Below are positions 1 through 9,920 of a stretch of DNA of 64,000 bases, piece by piece (position 1 is the stretch's first letter; each line of letters begins with the position of its first letter). Source of the DNA: Myxococcota bacterium (lineage in GTDB: Bacteria > Myxococcota_A > UBA9160 > UBA4427); contig OZ252299.1 in NCBI GenBank assembly GCA_965250285.1, forward strand, positions 3,520,001-3,584,000, read 5' to 3'. The notes beneath the pieces are model-generated. The model was given only the letters and a program-made list of their open reading frames with translations. It searched no databases and had not been told where the DNA came from. The position numbers were made by a program, and so were the translations under genes.

Positions 1-283
1 GCTCGAGCCGGGGCGCTGGGTGCGGGGCTTCGAGGGGCTCATGGAGCGCAACGTCGTCCGCTACCACCTCGCGCTCCAGGCGTACCTCGAACATCCCCGA
101 GACGGCCTCGCCGCGACGCGGGAGGCCCGCTGGGCTCGGTGGTTCGCGCTCACCGAGCGTCATCCTCGGCAGCTCCGCGTCGTCACGCGTGAGGCGTATC
201 TCGAAACGATGCACCGCGAACACGCCGAGCAGATGCGGCTTCAGAGCGCCGTGTCGAGCGAGCGAGTGGCGCTCGCGCACTGA
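1..283 (+). CDS. Hypothetical protein, C-terminal part (5' truncated by window edge)
   Basis: Frame open from position 2 to TGA 281-283; GC3-rich codons; natural-looking peptide (GFEGLMERNVVRYHLALQAYL...WFALTERHPRQL). Confidence 0.6.
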   Translation, partial: LEPGRWVRGFEGLMERNVVRYHLALQAYLEHPRDGLAATREARWARWFALTERHPRQLRVVTREAYLETMHREHAEQMRLQSAVSSERVALAH

Positions 284-301
284 CGGGTCACCGGTGACGA
301 A

Positions 302-2119
302 TCAGTCGCGATGCTCGAAGGTCAACCCCTCGAAGCGTCCCGAGCTGCGCCACTTGTCGATGTACTCGAAGTACGCCACCGGCCCCTGCGGAAAGCCGGA
401 GAGCCCCAGCCGCTGTTGGCGCTCGATCGGGCCGCCCTCATTGTTGTAGTAGCCGGGCGTGCAGTCGGGGTTGCCGAGGAAGGCGCCCTCGTTCGATTCG
501 AGCAGCGCGACCCAAGCCTGCTCGGCCTCGCTCGTCACCTCGACCTCGTCGGCGTCGGTATCGATGGCGTGGCGCAGGATCGCCGCAATCGTCGAACCGG
601 CCTCGGTCAGGTTGTGGGTGATGTTCGAGATCAGGTTCGCTCCCTGGCCAGGACCGACGATGAACAGGTTCGGGAAGCCGTGCACGTGGATGCCGTGCAG
701 GGTCTCCATGCCGTTCTTCCAGCGCGCAGACAGGTGCATCCCGTCGCGACCCACCGGGTCGAAGCCGGCCCGACGGTCGTAGTCGGTGCCGACCTCGAAG
801 CCCGACGCAAAAATCAGGCAGTCGAGTTCGTAGTGCTGGCCTCCGACCCAGACACCGGCCTCGTCGATGCGCTCGACACCCTTGCCGCTCGTGTCGACGA
901 GGTGCGCGTTGGGTGCGTTGTACGCCTGCAGGTACTCGTCGTGAAAGCAGGGACGCTTGCAGAGCTGGCGATACCACGGCTTGAGCGCGGCTGCGGTGGC
1001 CTCGTCCCCGATGATCGAATCCACGCGGGCACGGATCTCCTCCATCTTCTCGTCGTCGCTGTCCTCGTAGGCCTTCTGCATCAGCTCCGGGCCGAGCTGT
1101 GCCCCCTCTTTCCCCAGCTCGGCAACCACTCGGTCGCGAATGCGCTGCGAGATGTCGGTCCAACCATCCTTCACCAGATCTTCGTCGGCGAAGCCCCCGG
1201 TCTGCAGCGTCGCGAAGTTGAGCAGCCACTTGCGCTGCCACCCGGGCTCGAGCGCATCGAAGAAGTCGTCTTCGATCGGGTGGTTGTTTCGCTCGTCGAT
1301 GGACGAAGGCGTGCGCTGAAAGACGAACAGCTCTTGCGCGTCCCGCGCCAAAGCGGGGATGCACTGCACCGCGGTCGCGCCGGTCCCGATGATGCCGACC
1401 CGCTTGTCAGCGAGCTTCTGCATCGGGGCGCCTTCGTAATTGCCTCCGGTGTAGTCGTAATCCCAGCGGCTCGTATGGAATGCGTGGCCGCCGAACGTCT
1501 CGATGCCCGGGATGCCGGGAAGCTTCGGTCGGTGAAGCGGCCCGGGCCCCATCGTCACGTACTTGGCGCGGATCTCGTCACCTCGGTTCGTACGGATGAT
1601 CCAGCGCCCGATCGATGCGTCCCACTCGAGGCCGGTCACCTCGGTCGAGAACAGCGCGTTCTCGTAGAGCCCGAAGTGCTCGGCGATGCGCCGCGCGTGG
1701 CCATAGATTTCGGGGGCGAAGACGTACTTCATCGACGGCTTGTGCCCCGTCTCCTCGAGCAGTGGCAGGTAGATCATCGCCGCCGTATCGCACATCGCGC
1801 CGGGATAGCGGTTCCAGTACCAGGCCCCGCCGACGTCACCGCCGCCCTCGATCAGACGAACGTCGTCGATCCCCGCCTCCTTCAGTCGGGCACCGACACA
1901 CAGCCCCGAGAAGCCGGCGCCGATCAGCGCAACCGTGACCTCGTCACGAAGCGGCGCGCGCTCGGCCTTCTCGACATACGGGTCATCGAGGAAGTGCGCG
2001 AAACGGCCGGTCGGCTCGATGTACTGGTCGTTGCCGTCGGGCCGAATGCGCTTGTCGCGCTCTTCGGCGTACCTCTTTCGCAGGGCGTCGCGATCGATCG
2101 TCTGAGCAGGGGTCGTCAC
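302..2119 (-). CDS. Baeyer-Villiger monooxygenase (NAD(P)/FAD-dependent)
   Basis: Two Rossmann motifs (GAGFSG, GTGATA), GGAWYWNRYPGAMCD, and the type I BVMO fingerprint FGGHAFHTSRWD. Confidence 0.93.
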   Translation of the reverse strand: MTTPAQTIDRDALRKRYAEERDKRIRPDGNDQYIEPTGRFAHFLDDPYVEKAERAPLRDEVTVALIGAGFSGLCVGARLKEAGIDDVRLIEGGGDVGGAWYWNRYPGAMCDTAAMIYLPLLEETGHKPSMKYVFAPEIYGHARRIAEHFGLYENALFSTEVTGLEWDASIGRWIIRTNRGDEIRAKYVTMGPGPLHRPKLPGIPGIETFGGHAFHTSRWDYDYTGGNYEGAPMQKLADKRVGIIGTGATAVQCIPALARDAQELFVFQRTPSSIDERNNHPIEDDFFDALEPGWQRKWLLNFATLQTGGFADEDLVKDGWTDISQRIRDRVVAELGKEGAQLGPELMQKAYEDSDDEKMEEIRARVDSIIGDEATAAALKPWYRQLCKRPCFHDEYLQAYNAPNAHLVDTSGKGVERIDEAGVWVGGQHYELDCLIFASGFEVGTDYDRRAGFDPVGRDGMHLSARWKNGMETLHGIHVHGFPNLFIVGPGQGANLISNITHNLTEAGSTIAAILRHAIDTDADEVEVTSEAEQAWVALLESNEGAFLGNPDCTPGYYNNEGGPIERQQRLGLSGFPQGPVAYFEYIDKWRSSGRFEGLTFEHRD

Positions 2120-2241
2120 GCAGGGTCTCCCGGGCGCATCGGGGAATGAAAGATCCTACCGAGCCACACGGAAAGCCGCCGCAAGGGGAAGCCCGAACGT
2201 CTCCTATGAGAAACGCCGGAATTCGTCCGCATTGCGACGCG

Positions 2242-3204
2242 TCAGCCCAGGACCTTCGCAGCGATCTCGCCGAGCAGATGGATGCGCTCGGTCAGATGAC
2301 CGTTCACCGGCAGATCGACGGTCACGCCGTCGAGCCCCTTCGACACGGCCTGCTCGAGCGCCTCGCCGACGGTGTCGGGATCGCCCGAGATCAGCTGGCC
2401 CTTCGCGGCCTCGACGACCTGGTCGTTCCACCCCTTGGCCTGCGCCACAGCGGCGTAGTCGGCATCGAGCTCTTCCTGAGTCGGCGCAACCGCGACCATC
2501 ATGAGCTTCGTGACCGTCACCTCTTCGCGGTCACGGCCGAGCCGCTCACAGTGGCCGGCCAGCGCCTCGAGCTTGCGCGGGACCTCGTCCGTCGCGCAGA
2601 TCAGGTTCGACTCGTCGGCGTACTGGGCCACCATCCGCAGTGTCTTCTTCTCGCCCGAGCCACCGATCATGATCGGGATGCGCGAGATCGGCGCCGGCTG
2701 GTTGGCGGCCTCGGTCACCCTGTAGTGCTTGCCGGCCAGCGTGGGGCGTTCGTCGGAGAGCATCGGCTTGATGATCTGCAGCGCCTCTTCGAGCTTCTCG
2801 AAACGCTCGCCGAAGGTGCCGAATTCGAAGCCGAGGTCGTCGTGTTCCTTCTGGAACCAGCCTGCGCCGATGCCGAGCGTCGCCCGACCATGCGACACGT
2901 GGTCGAGGGTCGTGAGCGTCTTCGCGAGCAGCGCCGGGTTCCGATACGAATTGCCGGTGACGAGGGCCGAGAGCCGAACCCGCTCGGTGTGCTGCGCGAG
3001 GGCCGAGAGCATCGCGTAGCACTCGAACATCGGTTCGTCGTACGCGCCGATCCCCGGCAGCTGATAGAAGTGATCCATCACGAACACACGGTCGTAGCCG
3101 GCGGCCTCGGCAGCCTTGGCCTGCTCGACGACGTTGTCGAAGATCGCAGCGGGCGCAACGCCGGGATACGTGAAGTTCGGGATCTGGTAGCCGAGTCGGG
3201 TCAT
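2242..3204 (-). CDS. LLM-class (probably F420-dependent) oxidoreductase
   Basis: Motifs VFVMDHFYQ, LVTGNSYRNPALLAK...TLDHVSHGRATLGIGAGW, IMIGGSGEKKTL. Confidence 0.88.
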   Translation of the reverse strand: MTRLGYQIPNFTYPGVAPAAIFDNVVEQAKAAEAAGYDRVFVMDHFYQLPGIGAYDEPMFECYAMLSALAQHTERVRLSALVTGNSYRNPALLAKTLTTLDHVSHGRATLGIGAGWFQKEHDDLGFEFGTFGERFEKLEEALQIIKPMLSDERPTLAGKHYRVTEAANQPAPISRIPIMIGGSGEKKTLRMVAQYADESNLICATDEVPRKLEALAGHCERLGRDREEVTVTKLMMVAVAPTQEELDADYAAVAQAKGWNDQVVEAAKGQLISGDPDTVGEALEQAVSKGLDGVTVDLPVNGHLTERIHLLGEIAAKVLG

Positions 3205-3331
3205 GCCGAGCTCCTCTGTCGGGTGGGGGTAGGACGGGGTCGCACGCGCACGCTGCGACCTCGATCCATGGATGCCGTCGCGGGCGCGCCGTCGCGCGCC
3301 CCGCCGACATGACAGCGGGCCTTCGCGCAGA

Positions 3332-4630
3332 TCAGCCCTTGGGGTGCACCCGCACCTTCATCTCGTGGTAGCCCTTCACGAACGCGCTCTTCACGCGGGT
3401 CGGCGGCTCGACCACCTCGATGAAGCTGAAGCGCTCCATGATCTCTTCCCAGAGCACACGCAGCTGCATCTCGGCGAGTCGGCTGCCCATGCAGAAGTGC
3501 ACGCCCCAACCGAACGAGAGGTGCTTCTTCGAATCCTTGCGGTCGATGATGAAGTCGTTCGCGCGCTCGATCGCATCCTCGTCGCGGTTCGCCGAGACGT
3601 ACCACATGACCACGCGATCGCCCTTCTTGATCTGCTTGCCCGCGAGCTCGGTGTCGCGCGTCGCGGTGCGCCGCATGTGCGCGAGCGGCGTCTGCCAGCG
3701 GATCATCTCGTCGACCATCGAGGGGATCACGCTCGGGTCGTTGCGCAGCTTCTCGTACTCGTCGGGGTTCTCATTGAGCGCGAGGACGCCGCCCGTGATC
3801 GAATTTCGCGTCGTATCGTTGCCGCCGACAATCAGCAGGATCAGCGTGCCGAGGTACTCGAGCGGCGAGACGTCGGGAGCGACATCGGCCGTCGCCTCCG
3901 AGTTCGCGAGCGCCGAGACGAAGTCGAGCTCGCCACTCGCGGGCTTGTCCTTGCGTTCGTTCCACAGGTTGGTGAAGTAGGCGAGGCACTCGCGTAGATC
4001 GCGCTCGCGGTCGTCGGGCGTCTTGCCCATCTCGGCGAGCTGCTCCTCGCTCACGGTCGTCATGTCGGACCAGTACGTGAGCTTGCGACGCTCCTCCCAC
4101 GGAAAGTCGAACATCGTCGCGAGCATACCGGTCGTCAGCTCGATCGAGACGCGATCGACCCAGTCGAAGGTCTCGCCGACCGGCAGGCCGTCGAGGATCT
4201 CGCAGACGCGCTCGCGGATCAGCGGCTCGAGGCGCTTCAGGTTTCGCGGCGAGGCGACCGGCTGCACCGTCTTGCGGTGGCGATCGTGTCGCGGCCCGTC
4301 CATCGAGATGAACCCGGCCTGCAGCGGAAACTCGGGATCGGGATCGGCAATGACGATCGAGGGCTCCGAAGAGAACGTCTCGGGATCCTTCTCGACGGTG
4401 ACGATGTCGTCGAACTTGGTGACGGACCAGAACGGACCGAACTCTTCGTTGTCAGCGCAGTAGTGGACGGGGTCCTCCTTGCGCAGCCGTTCGAAGTAGC
4501 CCCAGAGCGTGTCGGTCTCGAACAGCTCGGCATCGGAGACATCGATCTTCTCGAGCGCGATCGAGTGCGGATCGACCCCCGCCTGTCCCTTCGAGGGAAA
4601 CGGATTCGTCGTATCGGTGGCTTCACTCAT
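3332..4630 (-). CDS. Cytochrome P450, CYP153-like
   Basis: I-helix LLIVGGNDTTRNS, EMIRW (ExxR), heme motif FGWGVHFCMG, FGPFWSVTKF; start re-picked at ATG 4630 (MSEATD) after GGAG. Confidence 0.9.
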   Translation of the reverse strand: MSEATDTTNPFPSKGQAGVDPHSIALEKIDVSDAELFETDTLWGYFERLRKEDPVHYCADNEEFGPFWSVTKFDDIVTVEKDPETFSSEPSIVIADPDPEFPLQAGFISMDGPRHDRHRKTVQPVASPRNLKRLEPLIRERVCEILDGLPVGETFDWVDRVSIELTTGMLATMFDFPWEERRKLTYWSDMTTVSEEQLAEMGKTPDDRERDLRECLAYFTNLWNERKDKPASGELDFVSALANSEATADVAPDVSPLEYLGTLILLIVGGNDTTRNSITGGVLALNENPDEYEKLRNDPSVIPSMVDEMIRWQTPLAHMRRTATRDTELAGKQIKKGDRVVMWYVSANRDEDAIERANDFIIDRKDSKKHLSFGWGVHFCMGSRLAEMQLRVLWEEIMERFSFIEVVEPPTRVKSAFVKGYHEMKVRVHPKG

Positions 4631-4910
4631 GGGGGACTCCGGGGTTGCGGCCGGGCGAGCCTGGATCGAAAGAAACGCGGATTGCATACGCTACCGCGGC
4701 TCGCGCGCGAGGCAGCACACAACGGTGTGGAAATCGTCCGGCGCCCGGGATTTCAGTTTGCGGGGTGTCCCCGAGTCGGGTGAATCCCCGGCTCGGCGTT
4801 CGCGCGAGCCCTCGCGCCGATCTCGCACGCAACGCAGCGCGTCGACGCCGAGTCAGGCCGGCAACGCTCCCCCGCCGCGCGGCGCGCGGGGGCATCGACG
4901 CCCCGCCCGG

Positions 4911-6155
4911 TCAGCCGAGGGCGACGTGCATCGACTTGATGCCGTTGATGAAGTTCGACTGCAGCCGATCGGGTGCACCCGCGACCCGGGCGCCGGGAAA
5001 CCGCGCCAGCCAGGCTTCGAACGCGACGCGCATCTGGAGCCGCGCCATGTGGCTGCCCGCGCAGAAATGGGTGCCGGTCCCGAAGGCGAGGTGCGGGTTC
5101 GAGGTGCGGGTGATGTCGAAGCGCTCGGGCTCGTCGAACACGGCCGGGTCGCGATTGGCGGCGCCGTAGTACATCACGAGCTTGTCGCCGGCGCGTACGG
5201 GCTGCCCTCCCACCTCGACGTCCTGCGTCGCCGTGCGACGAAACTGCATCACGGGCGTGACCCAACGCAGCATCTCCTCGATCGCCCTCGGCAGCAGCTC
5301 GGGCTCGCGCAGCAGTCGTTCGAGCTGATCGGGGTGGGCGCAGAGCGCCTCGAAGCCGCCCGAGAGCGCGTTGCGGGTCGTCTCGTTGCCCGCCACGATC
5401 AGCAAGAAGTAGTTCATGCCGAGCTCGAGATTCGTGAGCGGCGCGCCATCGATGTCACCGTGCACGAGATTCGAGAAGATGTCGTCGGTCGGGTGACGAC
5501 GACGCCGACGGGCTGCTCGGGCGGCATAGAAGAAGATCTCGAGCACCGCCAGACGCCCGCGCAGCTGACTGCTGACCTTCGGGTCGGATGAACCGATCAG
5601 CTTGTTCGTCCACTTGTAGAACTTCTTCGCGTGCCGGTCGGGCACGCCGAGCAGATCGGTCAGGCCTCCCAACGAGATCGGCGCCGACACGTCCTCGACG
5701 AACTCGCAGGTGCGCCGCCCTTCGAGCCGATCGAGCGCCTGGTCGACCCGCGCGCGCATCCGCGCCTCGGTGCGCCGGACGGCGCCGGGCTTGAAGTGCG
5801 GGTTCATCAGCTTGCGCAGCTTCGTGTGCCGCGGCGGATCCATGTGGATCAGCTGTTGCTGCATGTTCGCGAGATCGCGCGGCGGCAGATCGACCAGCAC
5901 CGACGTGCCGATCTCCGACGAGAACAGCTCGGGATGCTTCGATACGAAAGCGACGTCGGCATGGCGCGTGAGCGCCCAGTAGCCCGGGCCAGGGGGCGCC
6001 CCCGACGCGCCGACCTCTTCCTGCCAGTACACGGGCGCGTGCGCACGCAACCACCGGAATGTCTCGTGGGGCGGGCCGGTGACGAAGCTGGCCGAGTCGG
6101 AGAGATCGACGAGCGGCGGCGCCGGCGATCGAGCGGGTTCGGCGGCCTCGGTCAT
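4911..6155 (-). CDS. Cytochrome P450 (CYP124/125/142-like clan)
   Basis: GYWALTRHADV, MDPPRHTKLR, LLIVAGNETTRN, EEMLRW, FGTGTHFCAG; ATG at 6155 overlaps the rbsK stop (ATGA). Confidence 0.9.
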   Translation of the reverse strand: MTEAAEPARSPAPPLVDLSDSASFVTGPPHETFRWLRAHAPVYWQEEVGASGAPPGPGYWALTRHADVAFVSKHPELFSSEIGTSVLVDLPPRDLANMQQQLIHMDPPRHTKLRKLMNPHFKPGAVRRTEARMRARVDQALDRLEGRRTCEFVEDVSAPISLGGLTDLLGVPDRHAKKFYKWTNKLIGSSDPKVSSQLRGRLAVLEIFFYAARAARRRRRHPTDDIFSNLVHGDIDGAPLTNLELGMNYFLLIVAGNETTRNALSGGFEALCAHPDQLERLLREPELLPRAIEEMLRWVTPVMQFRRTATQDVEVGGQPVRAGDKLVMYYGAANRDPAVFDEPERFDITRTSNPHLAFGTGTHFCAGSHMARLQMRVAFEAWLARFPGARVAGAPDRLQSNFINGIKSMHVALG

Positions 6156-7105
6156 CGTCGATCTCCGGCGGCCGAAGGCGGGGTCGCCATCGTCGCGATG
6201 CGGGCTTCGATCTCGGCACCGGTCGGCGCGGCAGGTTGGGCGCCTTCCCGCGTGACCGAGATCGCTGCACCGGCGTTGGCGAAGGCGAGGGCGTCGGAGC
6301 GTGCGTCGCCGCGCGCCAGCGAGGCCGCAAGACATCCGGCAAAGACGTCCCCGGCGCCGGTGCTGTCGACGCAGTCGACCCCCTGCCCTTCGACATGCAG
6401 CGCGGAGTCGGCGTCGACCCAAAGCGCGCCCTCGGCTCCGAGCGTCACGACGACCCTGCGCGCGCCCTGTGCGCGCAGCGACTGAGCCGCACGCCCGGCC
6501 GTTTCGACGTCATCGATCGCGAGGCCCGTGAGCTGCGTAGCCTCGGTGACGTTCGGCGTCAGCACATCGACGCGCGCGAGCAGTTCGCCGGGCAGCGTCT
6601 GCGCCGGCGCGGGATCGAGCACGACCTGTACGCCGGCACCGTGCGCTACGTCGATCGCCGCCGCGACGGTGTCGAGCGGTGTCTCGAGCTGCACCACCAG
6701 CACGTCGGCCGCCTCGATCGCTGCGCGCTCCGCCTCGACGTGCGCCGGTCGCAGCGCCGCGTTCGCGCCCGAAGCGACGGCGATCGCGTTCTCGCCGGCC
6801 TCGTCGACGACGATGAAGGCGACGCCCGAAGCGGTACCGCTCGCTGTGACGAGGCCGCCCACGTCGATGCCCTCGGCCTCGAGGCCCGTGCGCGCCGCGG
6901 CGCCGAGATCATCGTCGCCGACGCTGGCGACGAGACGAACGTGGGCGCCGGCCCGCGCGGCGGCCACCGCCTGGTTCGCGCCCTTGCCGCCCGCGGCCCG
7001 CGCGAAGCGACCACCGATGACCGTCTCTCCCGCGCCAGGCAGGCGCGGCACGCGGACGATCATGTCGGTGTTCGAGCTGCCGACGACGACGATCTCGCCG
7101 CTCAT
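6152..7105 (-). CDS. rbsK: Ribokinase
   Basis: VVVGSSNTD, GGKGANQAVAAAR, DSTGAGDVF (PfkB signatures); ATG 7105 overlaps upstream stop (ATGA). Confidence 0.92.
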   Translation of the reverse strand: MSGEIVVVGSSNTDMIVRVPRLPGAGETVIGGRFARAAGGKGANQAVAAARAGAHVRLVASVGDDDLGAAARTGLEAEGIDVGGLVTASGTASGVAFIVVDEAGENAIAVASGANAALRPAHVEAERAAIEAADVLVVQLETPLDTVAAAIDVAHGAGVQVVLDPAPAQTLPGELLARVDVLTPNVTEATQLTGLAIDDVETAGRAAQSLRAQGARRVVVTLGAEGALWVDADSALHVEGQGVDCVDSTGAGDVFAGCLAASLARGDARSDALAFANAGAAISVTREGAQPAAPTGAEIEARIATMATPPSAAGDRR

Positions 7106-8022
7106 CCTGCGTTCTCTCCGAGCCAGGCCTGCAGGAGCCCCGCGTTCAACCGCGGCAGGTCGACGTCGCGCGCAGCCTCGATGGCCGCGCCCGTCGGCTC
7201 CATATGAGCCACCGCTCCCGAATCGAGGCGGATCTTCACGGGTTCGAACCGGCAGACGTCGGGTTCGACAAGGGTCATCGCGGCGAGCGGGTCGTGCAGG
7301 TGCACGCTCGGCCGCTTCGACTTGAATCGCGTGCGCTGCACCTCCAGCCACTCCGTACAGAGCCGCGCAAGCGCGCGCGCGAGCTCGTCGCCGCCGGCCA
7401 GTCGGCCCCACTCTTCCTCGGGCAGCAGCGTCCGCATGGTGACCTCGATCGGGACCACGCGCGGGGGCGCGAGGGTAGGGGGAGAAGCGCCGAGCACCGC
7501 CACGACCGCGTCGGGATCGCACCACCAGTTCCACTCGGGAATGTGATGCAGTGTGCCGGGGATCTCGACGTCGGCGAGCTTGCCCCCCATCACCGTCAGC
7601 GGCGGCAGCACGTGACCGGCCCGCGCGAGCGCACCGAGGTTCGTCATCGGACCGATGGCCAGGCACGCATCGGGCCGGGCGGTAGCGAGGGCCACCGCCA
7701 GCGCGTCGGTGCGCGCGGCCGGTTCGTCGTCGCGGTCGACCCGCATCCGAGGCGCGGCGTCGTCGAGGAGCCCGCGCCCTTCGTGCCCGAACATGTGGCC
7801 GGCCCGCTCGGCCGTGAGCGGCGCTCCGAGGCCGGTGACGACGGGCACGCCCTGCGCCCCGGCGAGCGCCAGGAGCGCTTCGGCGATGCGGGTGCGGAGC
7901 GCGACGTCGCCAAAGACGGTCGACACCCCGACGAGCTCGATATCGGGGTGTCGCAGCGCGTACGCGAGCGTCAGCGCATCGTCGACGTCGCTTCCAACAT
8001 CGGTATCGATCCAGAGCCGCAT
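7102..8022 (-). CDS. Nucleoside hydrolase (IU-NH family)
   Basis: IDTDVGSDVDDA (DxDxxxDD), IGPMTNL, EWNWWCDPDA, LHDPLA; start re-picked at MRLWIDTD. Confidence 0.9.
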   Translation of the reverse strand: MRLWIDTDVGSDVDDALTLAYALRHPDIELVGVSTVFGDVALRTRIAEALLALAGAQGVPVVTGLGAPLTAERAGHMFGHEGRGLLDDAAPRMRVDRDDEPAARTDALAVALATARPDACLAIGPMTNLGALARAGHVLPPLTVMGGKLADVEIPGTLHHIPEWNWWCDPDAVVAVLGASPPTLAPPRVVPIEVTMRTLLPEEEWGRLAGGDELARALARLCTEWLEVQRTRFKSKRPSVHLHDPLAAMTLVEPDVCRFEPVKIRLDSGAVAHMEPTGAAIEAARDVDLPRLNAGLLQAWLGENAG

Positions 8023-8068
8023 GATCTGCCACCCGAGTTCGCGCCGGGGAGGCCAGCGCGCTTCGAGC

Positions 8069-8097
8069 AGCGTATTTGCTGCGCCGCCGGGTGTCAA
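8069..8097 (-). promoter_or_regulatory. Sigma70-type promoter of the nucleoside hydrolase-rbsK-P450 operon
   Basis: Minus strand TTGACA (8097-8092), 17-nt spacer, TACGCT (8074-8069); overlapped by GCAGC-N6-GCTGC palindrome (8067-8082). Confidence 0.65.
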
Positions 8098-8311
8098 AAT
8101 CCGACGGGCGCGCGCGACGAGCTCGACTCGGACGCAGCCGCGAGGTGTCGCGCAAGGCGATGGCCTGTGGTTCGATTGGGCGCGATGAAGGGTCTCGTCA
8201 CGCATCGCGCTCGTCGCTCGGCCGGCGCCCTACCGGCCCGGGCACGCGTTGGGCGCCCGACCCAACTCGCCGACGCGATCCGGCGGCCCCGCGCACACCC
8301 GAGCCATCGCT

Positions 8312-9889
8312 TTGGGTTCTGACCTCAACGAAGCACAGAAGAAGCGGCTCTTCACCGCGCTCACGGTCGTCGGCTGCTTTGTGATCATCGCAGGGCTCTT
8401 CGCGGTCGCCCTGCTCGCGCTCGGCGCACGCGGGCCCGCCACGCTCGGCGACGTCTGGACGCTGGCCGACGACCGAGACCGCGCCGAGCTGCAGAACTTC
8501 TTGCAATCGCAGGTCGGCGGCATCCACGACACCGTGCCCGATCCCGAGATCGGCCGGGTGCTGCAGCGCAACGTCACGAAGCCTTTCGGCGGCGTCGAGG
8601 TGCGAACGAACAATGCGGGGATGCGGGACGATCGAGCCTACGGCCCGAAGGCTGAAGGCACCTTCCGCATCATCGTGCTCGGTGACTCGTTCGCGTTCGG
8701 ACACGAAGGGCTCGAAGAAGACCGCGTCGGTGAACAGCTCGAGGCGCTACTGCGAGCGCACGCGACCGTGCCGGGTGACCTCGAGGTCGAGGTGCTGACG
8801 ATCGCCCAGGGCAGCTGGACCGGCGTGAACGAGACCGCGTACATGGTGAGCCATTTCACCGCGTATGACCCCGACCTCGTGATCGCGCTGCTGGTGCCGA
8901 ACGACCTCGACGACACCCAGGGCGTGCGCGGTTTCGGCGCCGTCACCAACTCGTTCAGCCCCGAGTACCGCGACGACGGCTCGACGTTCTTCTCCCTCGG
9001 CAACCCGGCCCACTACGGCTTTCGCACGATCAGTCTGCTCTATGGCGGTCTCGGCCCAGAGTCGATCCGGCGGTGGAACAAGGTATTCTCGGGCTTCGCC
9101 CGACTCGAGCGCGTCGTCGAAGCGGTCGACGCTCGCCTGCTTCTCACGGTCTTCGATCCATATGCGTCGATCGCCGATTGGAACCCGATGAGCCTCTGGC
9201 GAGATCTCGTGATTGAACACTACGACGGCGCGCAGCTGACCAGTCCGCTGCTCTTCGTCGACCCGTACCTCGAGCCCGACTCGATCGTCGGTGTGCACCC
9301 GAATCGCCGGGGCCACGCGACCCTGGCCACACACTACGCCCACGCGCTCGAAGCACTCGGCTGGATCGATGTGCAGGCCGACGCCCCTCTGCCGGTTGCG
9401 CACCCGGGCATGTCGATGGACATGCGACACGCGGCCGACGCCGATCGCATACGCCGCCTGCGCGCGGGCTGGGTCGATGCCCATCTGCGACCTCAGCTCG
9501 ACTTCACCCGCATCGACCGTGCGGCCGCGATGAGTATCTACGCGGGAGCTCTCCCCGACGGCGAGTGGATCTCGGCCGCGAGACGCATGGTCTTTCTGCT
9601 CGCGCGACCCGAGGCGGCCCACTCGATCGAGGTGCGCGTAGTCGTCCCGGAACGCCCCGAGCTGTATCCGTTCACGCTCGACGTTTCGGTGCAGGGCTAC
9701 CCGGCCGGACGCTTCGAGCTCGCCGACGTCGGTCAGGCCGGCGAGCACACGTGGCGTGCGCCTCTCCCAGGCGAGCTGCCGGCGTCGGGCGCACTCGAAG
9801 TCGAGCTGCGCGCGCACTCGCACTGGTCGACGATCGAGGACGCGACCATGCGCAGCTACTACCCCTTGCGCGTTCGACTCGTCGAGTGA
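8312..9889 (+). CDS. Membrane-anchored SGNH/GDSL hydrolase-family protein
   Basis: N-terminal TM helix, VRTNNAGMRD, IIVLGDSFAFG, PND, HPNRRGH; start uncertain (TTG 8249 or 8312). Confidence 0.75.
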   Translation: MGSDLNEAQKKRLFTALTVVGCFVIIAGLFAVALLALGARGPATLGDVWTLADDRDRAELQNFLQSQVGGIHDTVPDPEIGRVLQRNVTKPFGGVEVRTNNAGMRDDRAYGPKAEGTFRIIVLGDSFAFGHEGLEEDRVGEQLEALLRAHATVPGDLEVEVLTIAQGSWTGVNETAYMVSHFTAYDPDLVIALLVPNDLDDTQGVRGFGAVTNSFSPEYRDDGSTFFSLGNPAHYGFRTISLLYGGLGPESIRRWNKVFSGFARLERVVEAVDARLLLTVFDPYASIADWNPMSLWRDLVIEHYDGAQLTSPLLFVDPYLEPDSIVGVHPNRRGHATLATHYAHALEALGWIDVQADAPLPVAHPGMSMDMRHAADADRIRRLRAGWVDAHLRPQLDFTRIDRAAAMSIYAGALPDGEWISAARRMVFLLARPEAAHSIEVRVVVPERPELYPFTLDVSVQGYPAGRFELADVGQAGEHTWRAPLPGELPASGALEVELRAHSHWSTIEDATMRSYYPLRVRLVE

Positions 9890-9920
9890 ACCCAGTCGGG
9901 TGCTCAGCGCGGCTGCTGCA

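Noticed and set aside
311..2149. Long antisense and alternative-frame ORFs (also 18885-21272, 40241-42436, 45344-47314, 62878-63753 and many others)
   Set aside because: Shadow ORFs of genuine genes, expected at high GC; no recognisable motifs and biased composition.
4741..4900. Hairpin-rich gap between the P450 genes with GGGTGAATC, reminiscent of a c-di-AMP riboswitch
   Set aside because: Wrong strand relative to the flanking genes and the other conserved elements were not found; GC-rich hairpins are common here.
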